From assembly GCF_030028105.1 (NCBI RefSeq), contig NC_092383.1:86881921-86945920 (forward strand): a DNA stretch of 64,000 bases, given 5' to 3'. Position 1 is the first letter of the stretch, and each line of letters opens with the position of its first letter. This DNA is from Mobula birostris (Eukaryota). Shown here piece after piece: positions 1 through 11,842 of this stretch. The translations under genes and the position numbers were made by a program. The notes below the pieces were generated by a model. That model searched no databases, was not told where the DNA came from, and saw nothing but the letters and a program-made list of their open reading frames with translations.

Positions 1-295
1 TTTCTAGACACTAAAGTGGTAATGACTACTGTTGCACCACTTTCCAACTACACATAGAAATACTGGTCAGGTACAAAATATAAAATTTCCATCATAACCA
101 GAGGGCACTGTTTCAGACATCATGAGGGGTTTCTTTCTGCAGTTTATAAACTTGTCTGTAAGTGAGGAGGAAGTCAGGTCGTTGGCATCATGGAGAGAAT
201 TGAAACATAACCTCAAATGATCCTACCAACCCCCGACTCAACCCCGAAGTTCCCCAGAATCCGAAACATACACACAAATCCCAAATAAATTTTGG

Positions 296-970
296 GAGGA
301 GGAGAATATGGCAGCACGACGCAGCGCGCAGCGGCCACTCCGGTGAATGATATCTGTTATCTGTCAAGTAGGGTGCCATGCACAATCCTGATTTGATAGA
401 GACAGACATGAGAGCACGCAGTCAAATCTGGAGAAACTTCTGAAATGCCTGCTTCGCTGCCGCTGCTACTGTGTGATCCAGAATCTCCGGAGAAGGCTCT
501 GAGTCCTCGGCTTTGCTTGTTGCTCGGCAGCCAGGGTGGGTTTAAGGCGCTCGGCAGAGGATGATGCTCGGGAGGCTGTATCGGAGGGGCTGGTGGGAGG
601 CTCGAAGTTTTCGGACGGACTCAGAGTCGGCTGTGGTCGGGTGTTTCCAATGCATCGGCAGTTGTTGGCGCCTGGAGGTTTATGATAGGGAGAGTTTCTC
701 CCTTTTGCCGCCTGCTATCAGGACTATCGGAAGTTGATCGGAACTTTGAGACTTTTTTTTACCGTTCCCACGGTCTGCTCTTTATCAAATTATGGTATTG
801 TTTTGCACTGCTGTAACTATACATTATAATTATGTGGTCTTGTCAGAGTTAGTCTTTGGTTTGTCTTGTTTTTGTGATATCACTCTGGAGGAACATTGTA
901 TCATTTCTTAATGCATGCATTTCTAAATGAAAATAAACCAGGACTGAGTGTCCTCATAATCTAAAATCTA
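296..970 (+). mobile_element. Unclassified non-autonomous retroelement, copy 1 of 3
   Basis: Homologous along its length to 4411-5020 and 43530-45335. Starts GAGAA(T/G)ATGGC and ends with AATAAA plus a TAATCTAA-type tail. No credible ORF. Confidence 0.7.
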
Positions 971-1409
971 AGCTAAATTAGCTGGGATCTTTGTGTACAT
1001 CTGAGGTAACTGCAAGTTCAAAACTGCGGCTCTCCCTCAGTACTGCACTAGAAGGTCGGCCCTGGGTTTCTGCTTAGGACTCTGGAGTATGATAACCCTT
1101 TCATTCCTGGAATCATCCTTGTGAACCTCCTCTGAACCCTCTGCAAAGTCAACTCATCTTTTCTGAGACGAGGAATCCAAAATTGTTCACATCAAGGTGA
1201 GGCCTCTCCAGTGCCTCAAAGCTTCACCACATTGGGTGTTAGAGCATCTTTTTTTAGTCAGTTCTATTGATTTTCTTCTCGTTTGTGGCTGACTGTAAGG
1301 AGGCGAATCTCAAGATTGTATATAACATATTTGATAATAAGTGTATTTTGAACTTTGAAATCTGAAATCAAAGTGCAGTCTGATTGGTGGTGACCCCATA
1401 AGCTTGAGG

Positions 1410-1650
1410 AAAATCTTTTTCCACACAGTTGTGGTTTTGTGGAATGCTCTGCCTCAGAGGGCAGTGGAGGCCAATTCTCTGGATGCTTTCAAGAAAGAAA
1501 TAGACAGAGCTCTTAAAGACAGCAGAGTCAAGGGATATGGGGAGAAGGCAGGAACGAGGTACTGATTGTGGATGATCAGCCATGATCACAGTGATGGCAG
1601 TGCTGGCTCAAAGGGCCAAATAGCCTACTCCTGCACCTACTGTCTATAAG
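1410..1650 (+). mobile_element. CR1 LINE 3' fragment
   Basis: Matches the 3' end of the CR1 at 7150-7408 (gtggaatgctctgcctcagagggcagtggaggcc...ggatgatcagccatgatc...cctactcctgcacct). Confidence 0.8.
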
Positions 1651-2029
1651 CTGTCACACCTATGCAATGGAATAGAATTCTGACTTTAAACTTCCAGAAG
1701 TGTGTTCCAGTTTAGAGAGGGTGCTGCAGAGTCAAAGAGTTATAGGTCATGGAAACAGGAGCTTCACCCCAAATCATCCATGCTAACTATGGTGTCTTCC
1801 TCAGCTTCTCCCATTTCCCTTCATTTGGCTCATACCAATCTAAATCTTTCCTATATATGATCTTGCCCAAATGTATTTTAAATAGTGTATTTGTATCCAT
1901 CTCTAGCACTTCTCCACATACACACTGCTTTGTGCAGAAAACACTGCCCCTCCAGGGCCTCTCAGACTTTGCCCCCTCACTTTCAGTCTCGGCTCTCTAG
2001 TTTTTGGCTCCAAGGGTAGTCATAGCCGA

Positions 2030-2600
2030 AGGGTGGTAGTGAGGATGAGCTCCCACTGTTAAACAAACGCTCTTCATGGCATGCGTCTCAAACAGCCTCT
2101 GACAACCAAGTCCAACTCCTGGCCTTCACATGTGGCATAGTTCTTAAGCCCGGCGGAGCTGTTCTCACTGACAGGAGACGGGGTAAAGGCGGGCCACTGG
2201 TGCCTTAAAACCAGTTGCTCTGGGCAGATGGGGCTCATTAACCACGGATGGTAGCTCATCTAGGAAAGGGAAAACTCCGATTTCAAACCTCCGCTGCCTT
2301 GTGACTATACCCGCTCACGGGAAAGGCTTTGGGAGTAAACCCCGAGGAAAAATCCAGAGTTGGAGTCTCAAAGGCGGCTGACTGCTGTACCCAGCACGGG
2401 CACGGCAACTCCTGTAATACTGCTGGCACCAAACTGCATCGACTTTCGTCGTTCATTTGCACCTGTCATCAGCATGGAGAGGGGGGTCCCACTGCATGGG
2501 CAACAGACGGATCTCCATATCAATTCTGCCCCGGCTTGCGCCCTGGAGAGGCCACTCCAGCTTCGCTTCAGTGACTACCAGAGGCACAGTACCCATGGTC
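2030..2600 (+). mobile_element. Probable RTE-clade 5'UTR-derived repeat
   Basis: GC-richer non-coding block (aaactccgatttcaaacctccgctgccttg...gggagtaaaccccgagg) that I recall as an interspersed repeat. Family assignment is from memory only. Confidence 0.35.
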
Positions 2601-3600
2601 AACCACGACCAACGGAGGCCACACACCCACTCTGGTATAAAGCCTGTGACCATCCACCATACCTTTGCCCACAAAACAAAGAAACACAATGGAATCCACA
2701 ACAAACATCCAATATGCAGAAGACGACAAATTGTGCACATCGTAAAAATATGTAAGCAATTAATACATGGAACATGAGTCGCAGAGTCCCTGAAAGTGAG
2801 TCCACGGCTGCGGAGTCAGTTCAGCGTTGAGGTGAGTGAAACCAATCCAGGAGCCCGATAGCTGCAGGGCACCGACTGCTGATGATCCCGGCGGCATGGG
2901 ACCCAAGAATCCTGCACCTTCCACCTGATGGTAGTACCGAGAAGAGAGGGAGATGGGTCAGAAGCAAGCTGACAGGACGGGCTCTGATGGGGGGGATCTT
3001 GCTGGCACAAAGTAATGGGGATGAACACTGGTTCATTTTTGAGATCCTCATGTAAACTTAGACAACTTTTTCCACTGCCCACAGCGCTACACTGTCACCT
3101 GTAACTTACTTATCATGTCACCTACATTTTCATTCTAAATTATTAATATTGATAAAAAGTAAGAGATTAACAAATAACAGCACTGATCCCAATGGCACAC
3201 TACTGATGACAAAGTCTGATATTGTCAGAAAACCAACAGTCCACTACCACAATTTGTCCTTCCATCAAGCCCATTCAGTATCCAACCAGCTAGCTTACCA
3301 TGTGATCTCACATTACAGATCAGTCTACAAAGCAAGATCTTGTCAAGTGCCTTGCTAAATTCATGTGCTAAACACTACTGCCCTGTTCTCAGCAGTTCCT
3401 CTGATCAACTCCTCAAAAAACTCAGATATTGTGTTCAATATCTTTTATGTATTTTTGTGCTGCATTGAATCCAGAATAGCAATGATCTCATTCTCATTTA
3501 CACGTTTGTACAGGAAATAACATTAAACAAGCTGCAATCTTGAATCTGCTTGTGTAAATTTGATTTTACCTGTCTATTTTTTGAAGATTTTCTCCCTCAG

Positions 3601-3920
3601 TTCCAGGTGCTTTATGGCCAGAAGATAAAGTAAGAGGAGTTGTGAAAAGGGCAATCACAATCGATTGTCACTATGCACCAATGTATCATTCACACTCAAA
3701 GTATTTGTGCCATATGTGGGATTGCCAGGGCACATTGTTAGTGAATACAGATGGACAAATGAGCAGTATGGAAGAATGACAGTCAGAGATAACACATCCC
3801 AGCAAATATTTACTGTTACTATGGAGAATCTTGTCTCTAATGATACAGGAGTTTACAGATGTGGAATTACAACATCTGGCAATCATCCAGTGTGTGATGT
3901 GCATCTACAAGTATCTGACA
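3601..3920 (+). pseudogene. Gene A: Ig V-set exon of a CD300/pIgR-like receptor, with a 1-nt frameshift
   Basis: Acceptor tttctccctcag ends at 3600; donor gtaggt at 3921. Translates as PGALWPEDKVRGVVKRAITIDCHY..KYLC..(frameshift)..GRMTVRDN..IFTVTMENL..NDTGVYRCG..VHLQVSD. Length is 320 nt, one short of a symmetric phase-1 exon. It has GG at 3753-3754 where the paralog has GGG, giving TGA at 3777. Confidence 0.9.
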
Positions 3921-4410
3921 GTAGGTTTCTCGTTGATCGACTTGATGTCTCCACTGAAATGCCTGATACATGTTTTCTCTGGAAAGAGTCAGGGCAGCAG
4001 GAATATCCGGAGGCTCCACAGCAGTGCAGAGATCTGTGGCGAGTGGACAAGGATAAAGAAATCCCGGTCATAATTCTCTCACCCAGTGCAGGGTCTGACC
4101 CAGGGCCGGGACACTGATTTCCAGTGGGAGGCTCAGCACATTTTCCTGCCTTGGAACTCCATGAATTGTCACCCTGTCAGAGGAGAAAGTATTTGCTACC
4201 CTGAGACAAATCAGTGTGGATAAATCGCCAGGGCCTGCTGAGTTTTTCCCTTGGACTCTATAGGTGGCAAGTGCAGAAATTACTGGGGCTATGCCATACG
4301 TATTTAAATCATCCTTAGTGACAGAAGACAGAGGACTGGAGGATAACCACTGTTGTTCTGCTGTTTAAAAATGGCTCTAAACATAAAACAGGAAATTATA
4401 GAGCGGTAAG

Positions 4411-5020
4411 GAGAAGATGGTGGCGCGTCGCAGCACGCGTAGCCTCTCCGGTGAAGTGATATGGTATTGTTAACTAGGGACTGTGAACAATTCTGATTTG
4501 ATGGAGACAGCCACGAGAGCACAGAGGAACATCTGGAGTAACTTCTGAAATGCCCGGTTTGCTGCCGCTGCTACCGTGTGATCGAGAATCTCCAGAGGGA
4601 AGGCCACAAAATCCTTGGCTTTGCCTGCTGCTGGCAGCCGGGGCCGGGGTCGAAGCGTTTGGCAGAGATGGTGCTCAGTGCTGGAGGGCTGGTCGGAGCT
4701 CGAAGTTTTCGGACGACTCAGAGTCGGACTGTGGTCGGGTATGGCAGGGAGGGTTTTCTTCCTTCTCCCATCTGCATGAGATGTGGGACTTCTGAGAGAC
4801 TTTGAACTTTTTACCATGCTAATGGCCTGTTCTTCGTCAAGTTACGGTACTGCTTGGACTGTTGTAACTATATGTTATAATTATGTGGTTTTTGTCAGTT
4901 TTTCAGTCTTGGTCTGTCCTGTGTATCTGTGATATCACTCCGGAGGAATATTGTATCATTTCTTAATGCATGCATTACTAAATGGCAATAAAAGATGACT
5001 GCATGTCCTCATAATCTAAA
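4411..5020 (+). mobile_element. Unclassified non-autonomous retroelement, copy 2, inserted in an old CR1 fragment
   Basis: Homologous to 296-970. The flanks rejoin as CR1 sequence (aattatagagcggtaag / tctgacatcagtgtaggaaag). Confidence 0.7.
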
Positions 5021-5640
5021 AATAAAGTCTGACATCAGTGTAGGAAAGTTATTGGAATGTGTTCTAAGAGACACATTCTAAGATATATGTAATATTTGGA
5101 TAGCTATGGACTGATTAAGGATAGTCAGCATGGCTTCAGGCATGGTAGTTCACGTCTAACCAATCTTATAAGGTTTCTTGAGGAGTTTACCAGGAAAGTG
5201 GATGAAGACAAGGCAGTGGATGTTGTTTACATAGACATTAGCAAGGCACTTGATGAAAACCAGCTTTGGAGATAGGTCAATAAGTTTCAGTTGCTTGGCA
5301 TTCAAGATGAGGTAGCAAACTGGATTAGACATTAGCTTTGTGGAAGAAGCCAGAGAGTGGTAGTAGATGGTTGCCTCTCCGACTGGAGGCCTGTGACTCA
5401 TGGAGTTCCACAGAGTATGGTACTGAGTCTGTTGTCCTTTGCATCTATATCAATGATCTGGATGATAATGTGGTTAAATGGAACAGCAAGTTTGCAGATG
5501 ACACCAAGATTTGGGGGTGTAGTGGACAGTGAGGAATGCTTTCATGACTTGCAGAGGGATCTGTAAAAGCTGGAAAAATGGGCTGAAAATTGGCAGATGG
5601 CATTTAATGCAGTCAAGTGTGAGGTTTTGCACCAGAAGCA
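5021..5640 (+). mobile_element. Old degraded CR1 reverse transcriptase (RT) fragment
   Basis: Remnant translations QHGF, SDWRPVT.GVPQ and SKFADDTK, with frameshifts. Confidence 0.8.
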
Positions 5641-5654
5641 CCTACCTACCTACC

Positions 5655-7408
5655 TGACTGACCAGTTGAATAACTACTTTGGTTCTGTCTTCACTAAGGA
5701 GGACATAAATAATCTTCCGGAAATAGTAGGGGACTGAGGGTCTACTGAGATGGAGGAACTGAGGGAAATACATGTTAGTAGGGAAGTGGTGTTGGGTAAA
5801 TTGAAGGGATTGAAGGCAGATAAATCCCCAGGGCCAGATGGTCTGCATCCTAGAGTGCTTAAGGAAGTAGCCCAAGAAATAGTGAATGCATTAGTGATAA
5901 TTTTTCAAAACTCGTTAGATTCTGGACTAGTTCCTGAGGATTGGAGGGTGGCTAATGTAACTCCACTTTTTAAAAAAGGAGGGAGAGAGAAACCGGGGAA
6001 TTATAGACCGGTTAGCCTAACGTCGGTGGTGGGGAAACTGCTGGAGTCAGTTATCAAGGATGTGATAACAGCACATTTGGAAAGCGGTGAAATCATCGGA
6101 CAAAGTCAGCATGGATTTGTGAAAGGAAAATCATGTCTGACGAATCTCATAGAAATTTTTGAGGATGTAACTAGTAGAGTGGATAGGGGAGAACCAGTGG
6201 ATGTGGTATATTTGGATTTTCAAAAGGCTTTTGACAAGGTCCCACACAGGAGATTAGTGTGCAAACTTAAAGCACACGGTATTGGGGGTAAGGTATTGGT
6301 GTGGGTGGAGAATTGGTTGGCAGACAGGAAGCAAAGAGTGGGAATAAACGGGACCTTTTCAGAATGGCAGGCAGTGACTAGTGGGGTACCACAAGGCTCA
6401 GTGCTGGGACCCCAGTTGTTTACAATATATATTAATGACTTGGATGAGGGAATTAAATGCAGCATCTCCAAGTTTGCGGATGACACGAAGCTGGGTGGCA
6501 GTGTTAGCTGTGAGGAGGATGCTAAGAGGATGCAGGGTGACTTGGATAGGTTGGGTGAGTGGGCAAATTCATGGCAGATGCAATTTAATGTGGATAAATG
6601 TGAAGTTATCCACTTTGGTGGCAAAAATATGAAAACAGATTATTATCTGAATGGTGGCCGATTAGGAAAAGGGGAGGTGCAACGAGACCTGGGTGTCATT
6701 ATACACCAGTCATTGAAAGTGGGCATGCAGGTACAGCAGACGGTGAAAAAGGCAAATGGTATGCTGGCATTTATAGCGAGAGGATTCGAGTACAGGAGCA
6801 GGGAGGTACTATTGCAGTTGTACAAGGCCTTGGTGAGACCACACCTGGAGTATTGTGTGCAGTTTTGGTCCCCTAATCTGAGGAAAGACATCCTTGCCAT
6901 AGAGGGAGTACAAAGAAGGTTCACCAGATTGATTGCTGGGATGGCAGGACTTTCATATGAAGAAAGACTGGATGAACTGGACTTGTACTCGTTGGAATTT
7001 AAAAGATTGAGGAGGGATCTGATTGAAACGTACAAGATCCTAAAGGGATTGGACAGGCTAGATGCAGGAAGATTGTTCCCGATGTTGGGGAAGTCCAGAA
7101 CGAGGGGCCACAGTTTGAGGATAGAGGGGAAGCCTTTTAGGACCGAGATCAGGAAAAACTTCTTCACACAGAGAGTGGTGAATCTGTGGAATTCTCTGCC
7201 ACAGGAAACAGTTGAGACCAGTTCATTGGCTATATTTAAGAGGGAGTTAGATATGGCCCTTGTGGCTATGGGGGTCAGGGGGTATGGAGGGAAGGCTGGG
7301 GCGGGGTTCTGAGTTGGATGATCAGCCATGATCATAATAAATGGCGGTGCAGGCTCGAAGGGCCAAATGGCCTACTCCTGCACCTATTTTCTATGTTTCT
7401 ATGTTTCT
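5655..7408 (+). mobile_element. Young 5'-truncated CR1 LINE
   Basis: Contains an uninterrupted RT ORF, a CR1 3'UTR and a (TTTCTATG)n tail. Confidence 0.95.
5750..7312 (+). CDS. CR1 ORF2, RT and C-terminal part (5'-truncated)
   Basis: 520 aa ORF with KSPGPDG, NYRPVSLTS, QHGF..GKSCLTNL, YLDFQKAFDKVPH, GVPQGSVLGP, KFADDTK and RPHLEYCVQFWSP. Confidence 0.93.
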   Translation: MEELREIHVSREVVLGKLKGLKADKSPGPDGLHPRVLKEVAQEIVNALVIIFQNSLDSGLVPEDWRVANVTPLFKKGGREKPGNYRPVSLTSVVGKLLESVIKDVITAHLESGEIIGQSQHGFVKGKSCLTNLIEIFEDVTSRVDRGEPVDVVYLDFQKAFDKVPHRRLVCKLKAHGIGGKVLVWVENWLADRKQRVGINGTFSEWQAVTSGVPQGSVLGPQLFTIYINDLDEGIKCSISKFADDTKLGGSVSCEEDAKRMQGDLDRLGEWANSWQMQFNVDKCEVIHFGGKNMKTDYYLNGGRLGKGEVQRDLGVIIHQSLKVGMQVQQTVKKANGMLAFIARGFEYRSREVLLQLYKALVRPHLEYCVQFWSPNLRKDILAIEGVQRRFTRLIAGMAGLSYEERLDELDLYSLEFKRLRRDLIETYKILKGLDRLDAGRLFPMLGKSRTRGHSLRIEGKPFRTEIRKNFFTQRVVNLWNSLPQETVETSSLAIFKRELDMALVAMGVRGYGGKAGAGF

Positions 7409-7429
7409 TACAAAGAGAACAGTAGGGCA

Positions 7430-8460
7430 CTGAGGAATGTGGTAGAACAAAAGGAATACTAATCCATAATTTGTTGAAAGTGGTGTCACAGTTAGATAGG
7501 GTCGTAAAGAAATATTTTGGCACATTGCCCTTCATAAAAAATGTATTGAGTGTAAGAGATAGGATGATAGGTTGAAGTTGTATAAGATAGTGAGGCCTAA
7601 TTTGGATTATTGTGTGCAGTTTTGGTCACCTGCCTTCAGGAGAGATGTAAACAAAGTTGAAAGAGTGAAAAGAAAATTTACAAGGATGTTGCCAGATCTG
7701 GAGGACCTTAGTTATAAGGAAAGTTTGAATAGCTTTGGACTGTATTCCTTAGAACGTAAAAGAACAAAAGGAGATTTGATAGAGGTGCACGAAATTATGA
7801 GGGGTATAGATAGGACAAATGGAAGCAAGCTTTTTCCACTGAGGTTGGGTGGGACTACGATCAGAGGTCATAGGTTAACGGTAAACAAACTTCCTTTAAA
7901 TTTTCCCCTTATCGCCTTAAAACCATGCTCACCATTATTTGATATTTTAACCCTGGAAAATAGATCCTGATTATCTTCCTGATCTATGATTCTGTAACTT
8001 TATAAACTTCTATCAGTTCTCTCTTCAGCCTACACTCCAGCAAAAACAATCCAAGTTTGTCCAACTTCTCCCCATAGCTAATAAACTCCAATCCAGGTGA
8101 CATGTTGGTGAAGCTCTTTACCTTCTCCAGAACCTTTCCATTCTTTCTATATAGTTGCAAACAGAACTGTACATTATGTTCCAAATGTGCCCTAACCAAA
8201 GTTTCATGGCTACAAGTTACCTTGTCAGCCTTAGTCTCCAGCATGTAGAATGAAGGCGGCAAACATGCTGAATGCTTTCATTACCATTATGTCCACTTGT
8301 GTTGCCACGTTCAGAGAGCAATGGACTTGTACCCCAAAAGCTCTCTGTATATCAATTCTAAAGGGATCTAACTATTAAACTCCAGATGATGTCAAATTTC
8401 CCTAATGTATGAGGAGCGATTGAAACCTCTGGGCCTGTACTCACTGGAGTTTAGAAGAAT
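7430..8460. mobile_element. Cluster of old CR1 3' fragments in both orientations
   Basis: ORF 7572-7970 (+) reads LDYCVQFWSP; ORF 7984-8262 (-) reads LVRAHLEHNVQF. The part at about 8130-8460 is paralogous to 41495-41810. Confidence 0.75.
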
Positions 8461-10745
8461 GAGAGATAAATTCCAACATATTTGTCAGACAAAATTTTCC
8501 CTTGTGGAATCATTACAGACCATAGTTCACTGTGGACTATTTTATCATGTGCCTCCAAATACTCAGAGATCTCATTATTGGTAATCGACTCCAACATCTT
8601 CCCAACCATAGTGGTCAGACTAACTGATCTATAGTTTCCTTTTTCTGCCTCTGTCACTTCTTGAAGAGTGGAGAGACATTTGCAATTTTCCAGTCTTTCA
8701 GAACCATTCCAGAATTGAGTGATTCTTGAAAGATCATTACTAATGCCTCCACAATCTCTTCAGCAACCTCTAAGAACACTGGTGTCACAATGGGGTGCCG
8801 TGAATGGACCCAAATGAGAGACACAGACACTGAAGTACAGTACAAGGAACAGGACTTGACTAGAGTAGGGACGTGACAGGATTCAGACCAGCAGCAGGGA
8901 CAAGAATGTAGACTTGGGCTAGGGAAGGCGGGACCAGGACTCGAAACCATGGACTAGGAGACAAGGCTTCAACTCCGAGCCCGAGACTGACAAGGACCCA
9001 GAACTTGGGTCTTGCCTCGCACTCGGACCCCAGAACCAGGCAAGGACAGACATGGCTTCAGGACAGGATGTGGCTGGGGCCTTGGGTCGTGAGGTTGGAG
9101 GCTGCAGGAGTGTCGAGCCTTGGGTCCTTGGAGCTTGGCTGCGGGATCTTTGTCTTGAAATGCAGAGGCTGATAACTCAGAGACTGGAGCTGAGAGGCAG
9201 ACTGGGAACTGAACATCAACATAGAGCTAGGACTTATCCTTCAAAAAGCCAGGATTCATCATTAACACAACACCAACATGAAACAGGACAGTACATAGAC
9301 ATAGAGCCAGGACTTATACTTAGACAAGCCTGGCTAAATCCCTCCACACCAAGGTGGAACAGGTCCACCTGTTTGGTAAAAGCAAAACAGCCAGACTTAC
9401 CCAACAGAGGCAAGGACAAGACAAGACAGATCCCCCCACAGGACAACAGCAAAACCACCTGACTATCCCACAGAGGTGAGGACAACAAGAGACAAATACT
9501 AAAGAACAACAAACAGTTCCATCTCTGCTTCAGGGTTGCTCCAAGTCACAGTTATAGCCAACAACCTCTGCTGGCTACAGAAACAGCCAGATCCCTACCT
9601 AGTTCGGAGTGGCTAACAGCCACTCAGCTGGTCCAGGAAACAGCCAAATCCATACCACAAAGACTACTCCAATGAGTGGCAACAAGGCTCCACGAAGCAG
9701 TGGTCCTCCAACCAGGCCCAGAGATCACAAATGGTTTCACTAGCCTTCCATCAGCAGGTTGCTTCAAGGGGGACTGACAGGACAAACCAGCAGCCCACAC
9801 TCAACCCCAAGGCCTCTTATATTCCAAGCCCCAAGATGGGAATCAGGTGCCTATGATTAACTCAACCAAACGATGGACAGCTGGAAGACCCGGAGTCCTG
9901 AGTCCATGGAGACCGGACCGTGAACTAGAATTCCGACTTCACAGACCAGACCATGACAACTGGGGTGTACACCAACTGGTCTATATGACTTATCTACCTT
10001 GAGAACTTTCAGTTTCCCAAGAGCGTTCTCTCTAGTTCACACACTTCATGCCCCCGATACCTGAAATTTCCGCTATAATGCTTGTGTCTTCCACAGCAAA
10101 GACTGATGCAAAATACTTATTTAGTTCATTCGTTATTTTGTTTTCCCCCATTACTACCTCTCTAGCATTGTTTTCCAGTGATCCAGTATACACTCTTCCC
10201 TATATTTTACACTTTATATATCTGAAGAAATTGTTGGTATCCTCTTTAACGTTATTGGCGAGCTTACTTGCCAATATTTTATCTTTACCTTCTGAATGAC
10301 TTCTTTAGTTGCCTTATATTGGTTTTTAAAAGCTTTCCAATCTTCTACCTTCCCACTAAGCTTTGCACTCTTACATGGCCTTTCTTTCGCTGTTATGTTG
10401 GCTTTGACATTATACAAATCCCAATCCTCCAGTGGGCTCCGCCACGAGCTGCTCGAAAAAGCCTTTTTGTAGGCACTCTAAAAATTACCTCTCCTGAAAT
10501 CCAGCACCAACCTGATTTTCCCAATCTGCCTGCATATTGATGTCCCCCATGACTATTGTAACATTGCCCTTTTGGCATTGCTATTTCCTGTTGTAATTTG
10601 TAGGCAACATCCTTCCTACTGTTTGGGGGTGTGTATAGTACGCCCATCAGGATCCTTTTACCCTTGCAGTTCCCTAACTCTACCCACAATGATTCAACAT
10701 CTTCTGTCCTTATGTCATCTCTTTCTAATGATTTGATTTCATTTT
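8460..10745 (-). mobile_element. Degraded CR1 fragment (endonuclease to RT start, internally deleted), split by a solo LTR
   Basis: Minus-strand ORF 10393-10755 resembles the CR1 endonuclease (ESLWVELGNCKGKRILMGVLYTPPNS). EDWKIANV-like and NYRSVSLT motifs lie at 8451-8780. Confidence 0.85.
8783..9958 (-). mobile_element. Solo LTR, family 1
   Basis: TGTCA...TGACA termini with an exact 5-bp TSD, ACTGG, on both sides. Reverse-complement homolog of 44086-45252. Confidence 0.9.
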
Positions 10746-10816
10746 TTTGATGCAAAATGCTAATATAGTCAGTATAATCTGGGAGTATTTACTTTGTCTC
10801 CTCGACAACCAGGCTC

Positions 10817-10898
10817 TGAGGATCAGATTCATCACGTCTCTGCAAAAGGAAATGGTCAACCCATCAGATTCCTCGACAATGGGATCTCTGCTTCATTT
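10817..10898 (+). repeat. Inverted repeat, left arm (82 bp)
   Basis: Reverse complement of 11843-11924, with 6 mismatches in 82 nt by manual alignment. Confidence 0.9.
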
Positions 10899-10902
10899 CC
10901 AG

Positions 10903-10953
10903 CTGCACCAGCTATTCAAATTTCTATTTACCCACCTGCACCCATGACTTCAT
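10903..10953 (+). CDS. Gene A: candidate stalk exon 1
   Basis: Acceptor cttcatttccag; 51 nt, symmetric phase 1; reads APAIQISIYPPAPMTS. The donor gtgact is weak. Confidence 0.4.
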
Positions 10954-11140
10954 GTGACTCTCATCCGGAGGCTAAGCAGGTGTTAAACCTTGCCCAAATG
11001 TGACCTGTAGGCCAGCAGAGGGAATAGTGCCTTACACCTCCTTTGGTAGAGACATATCTCCACTCTGCCACCCTATATTAATCATTCTAATCTGTCTGCA
11101 TATTTCATGTCCCTTCTCCCTTTCACCCTTTCACCATCAG

Positions 11141-11200
11141 TCACGCGTCATTTATTATCTATCACATCTATCCTTACGGCAGTGTCCACTTCCTTCAATG
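11141..11200 (+). CDS. Gene A: Ser/Thr-rich stalk exon
   Basis: Long polypyrimidine tract plus cag ending at 11140; donor gtattg at 11201; 60 nt, symmetric phase 1; reads TRHLLSITSILTAVSTSFN. Confidence 0.65.
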
Positions 11201-11378
11201 GTATTGCTTTATCATAGTCGCACCTCTGCACTTCACTTACTTGTCAAAATTTATTTTCACTTTGCAATTTCCGATTCACAGTCCTCATTTTTCTGCAGTC
11301 ATGTCCCAGTAGTTAGATCTGTAACAGATAATCAGAGGTTTTTTTCTCTCTGTCTCTCTCGCTCTCTCTCACTTTCAG

Positions 11379-11388
11379 TCGAACACTA
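11379..11388 (+). CDS. Gene A: candidate 10-nt microexon
   Basis: Very strong (CT)n acceptor ending at 11378. TCGAACACTA followed by gtttag supplies the phase 1 to phase 2 shift needed to join the stalk to the TM exon, reading VEHY. Confidence 0.45.
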
Positions 11389-11536
11389 GTTTAGTCTTCT
11401 CTTTGAACCTTCCAGCACAGCTGGTTTACATCATTCCACTCCACTGAGATTACAGTTGAAACAGGAGGCAAATCTTTCAAACACAAAGCCACCTCATTTC
11501 CTCGCACTGATTCTATATCTCTTCCATTTTGTTCAG

Positions 11537-11639
11537 TTTCATGATATGGATGATGGGTCGTTGGCTGCTCTTTGCTCTTCTGATGATCAGCACGAGTTCA
11601 GTCTCATGGTTTACAAGCGAAACTAAGATAGGCTTATAG
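11537..11639 (+). CDS. Gene A: terminal TM exon with Arg in the membrane segment and a short tail
   Basis: Acceptor cttccattttgttcag. Reads FMIWMMGRWLLFALLMISTSSVSWFTSETKIGL*. The hydrophobic W..RW.LF segment resembles fish pIgR/CMRF35-like TM regions. An AATAAA lies at 11844. Confidence 0.75.
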
Positions 11640-11842
11640 ATATCAGATAAATTGCTTGCAAATATACTGTTCATTTGAAGAAAAACATTTAAATACATGA
11701 ATACTTTCTTATCCTATGGTCAAACCAAGCTTTATGCAGATGATACAACTCGGCTTTGACATGCTCTCTTGTGTGCAGAATGCTTGATGTGAATGTATGG
11801 AATGCTTGTTTCAGACAAAATTCCATTGTGAGTGGCCATCTG

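Noticed and set aside
3665-4117. 150 aa ORF as a stand-alone gene
   Set aside because: It covers only the post-frameshift half of the V exon and then reads through the donor into intron and repeat sequence.
6643-7335. Long antisense ORFs over CR1 elements (also 6220-6624, 55808-56563, 60093-60422)
   Set aside because: They are shadow frames on the strand opposite RT-coding sequence and have no independent protein features.
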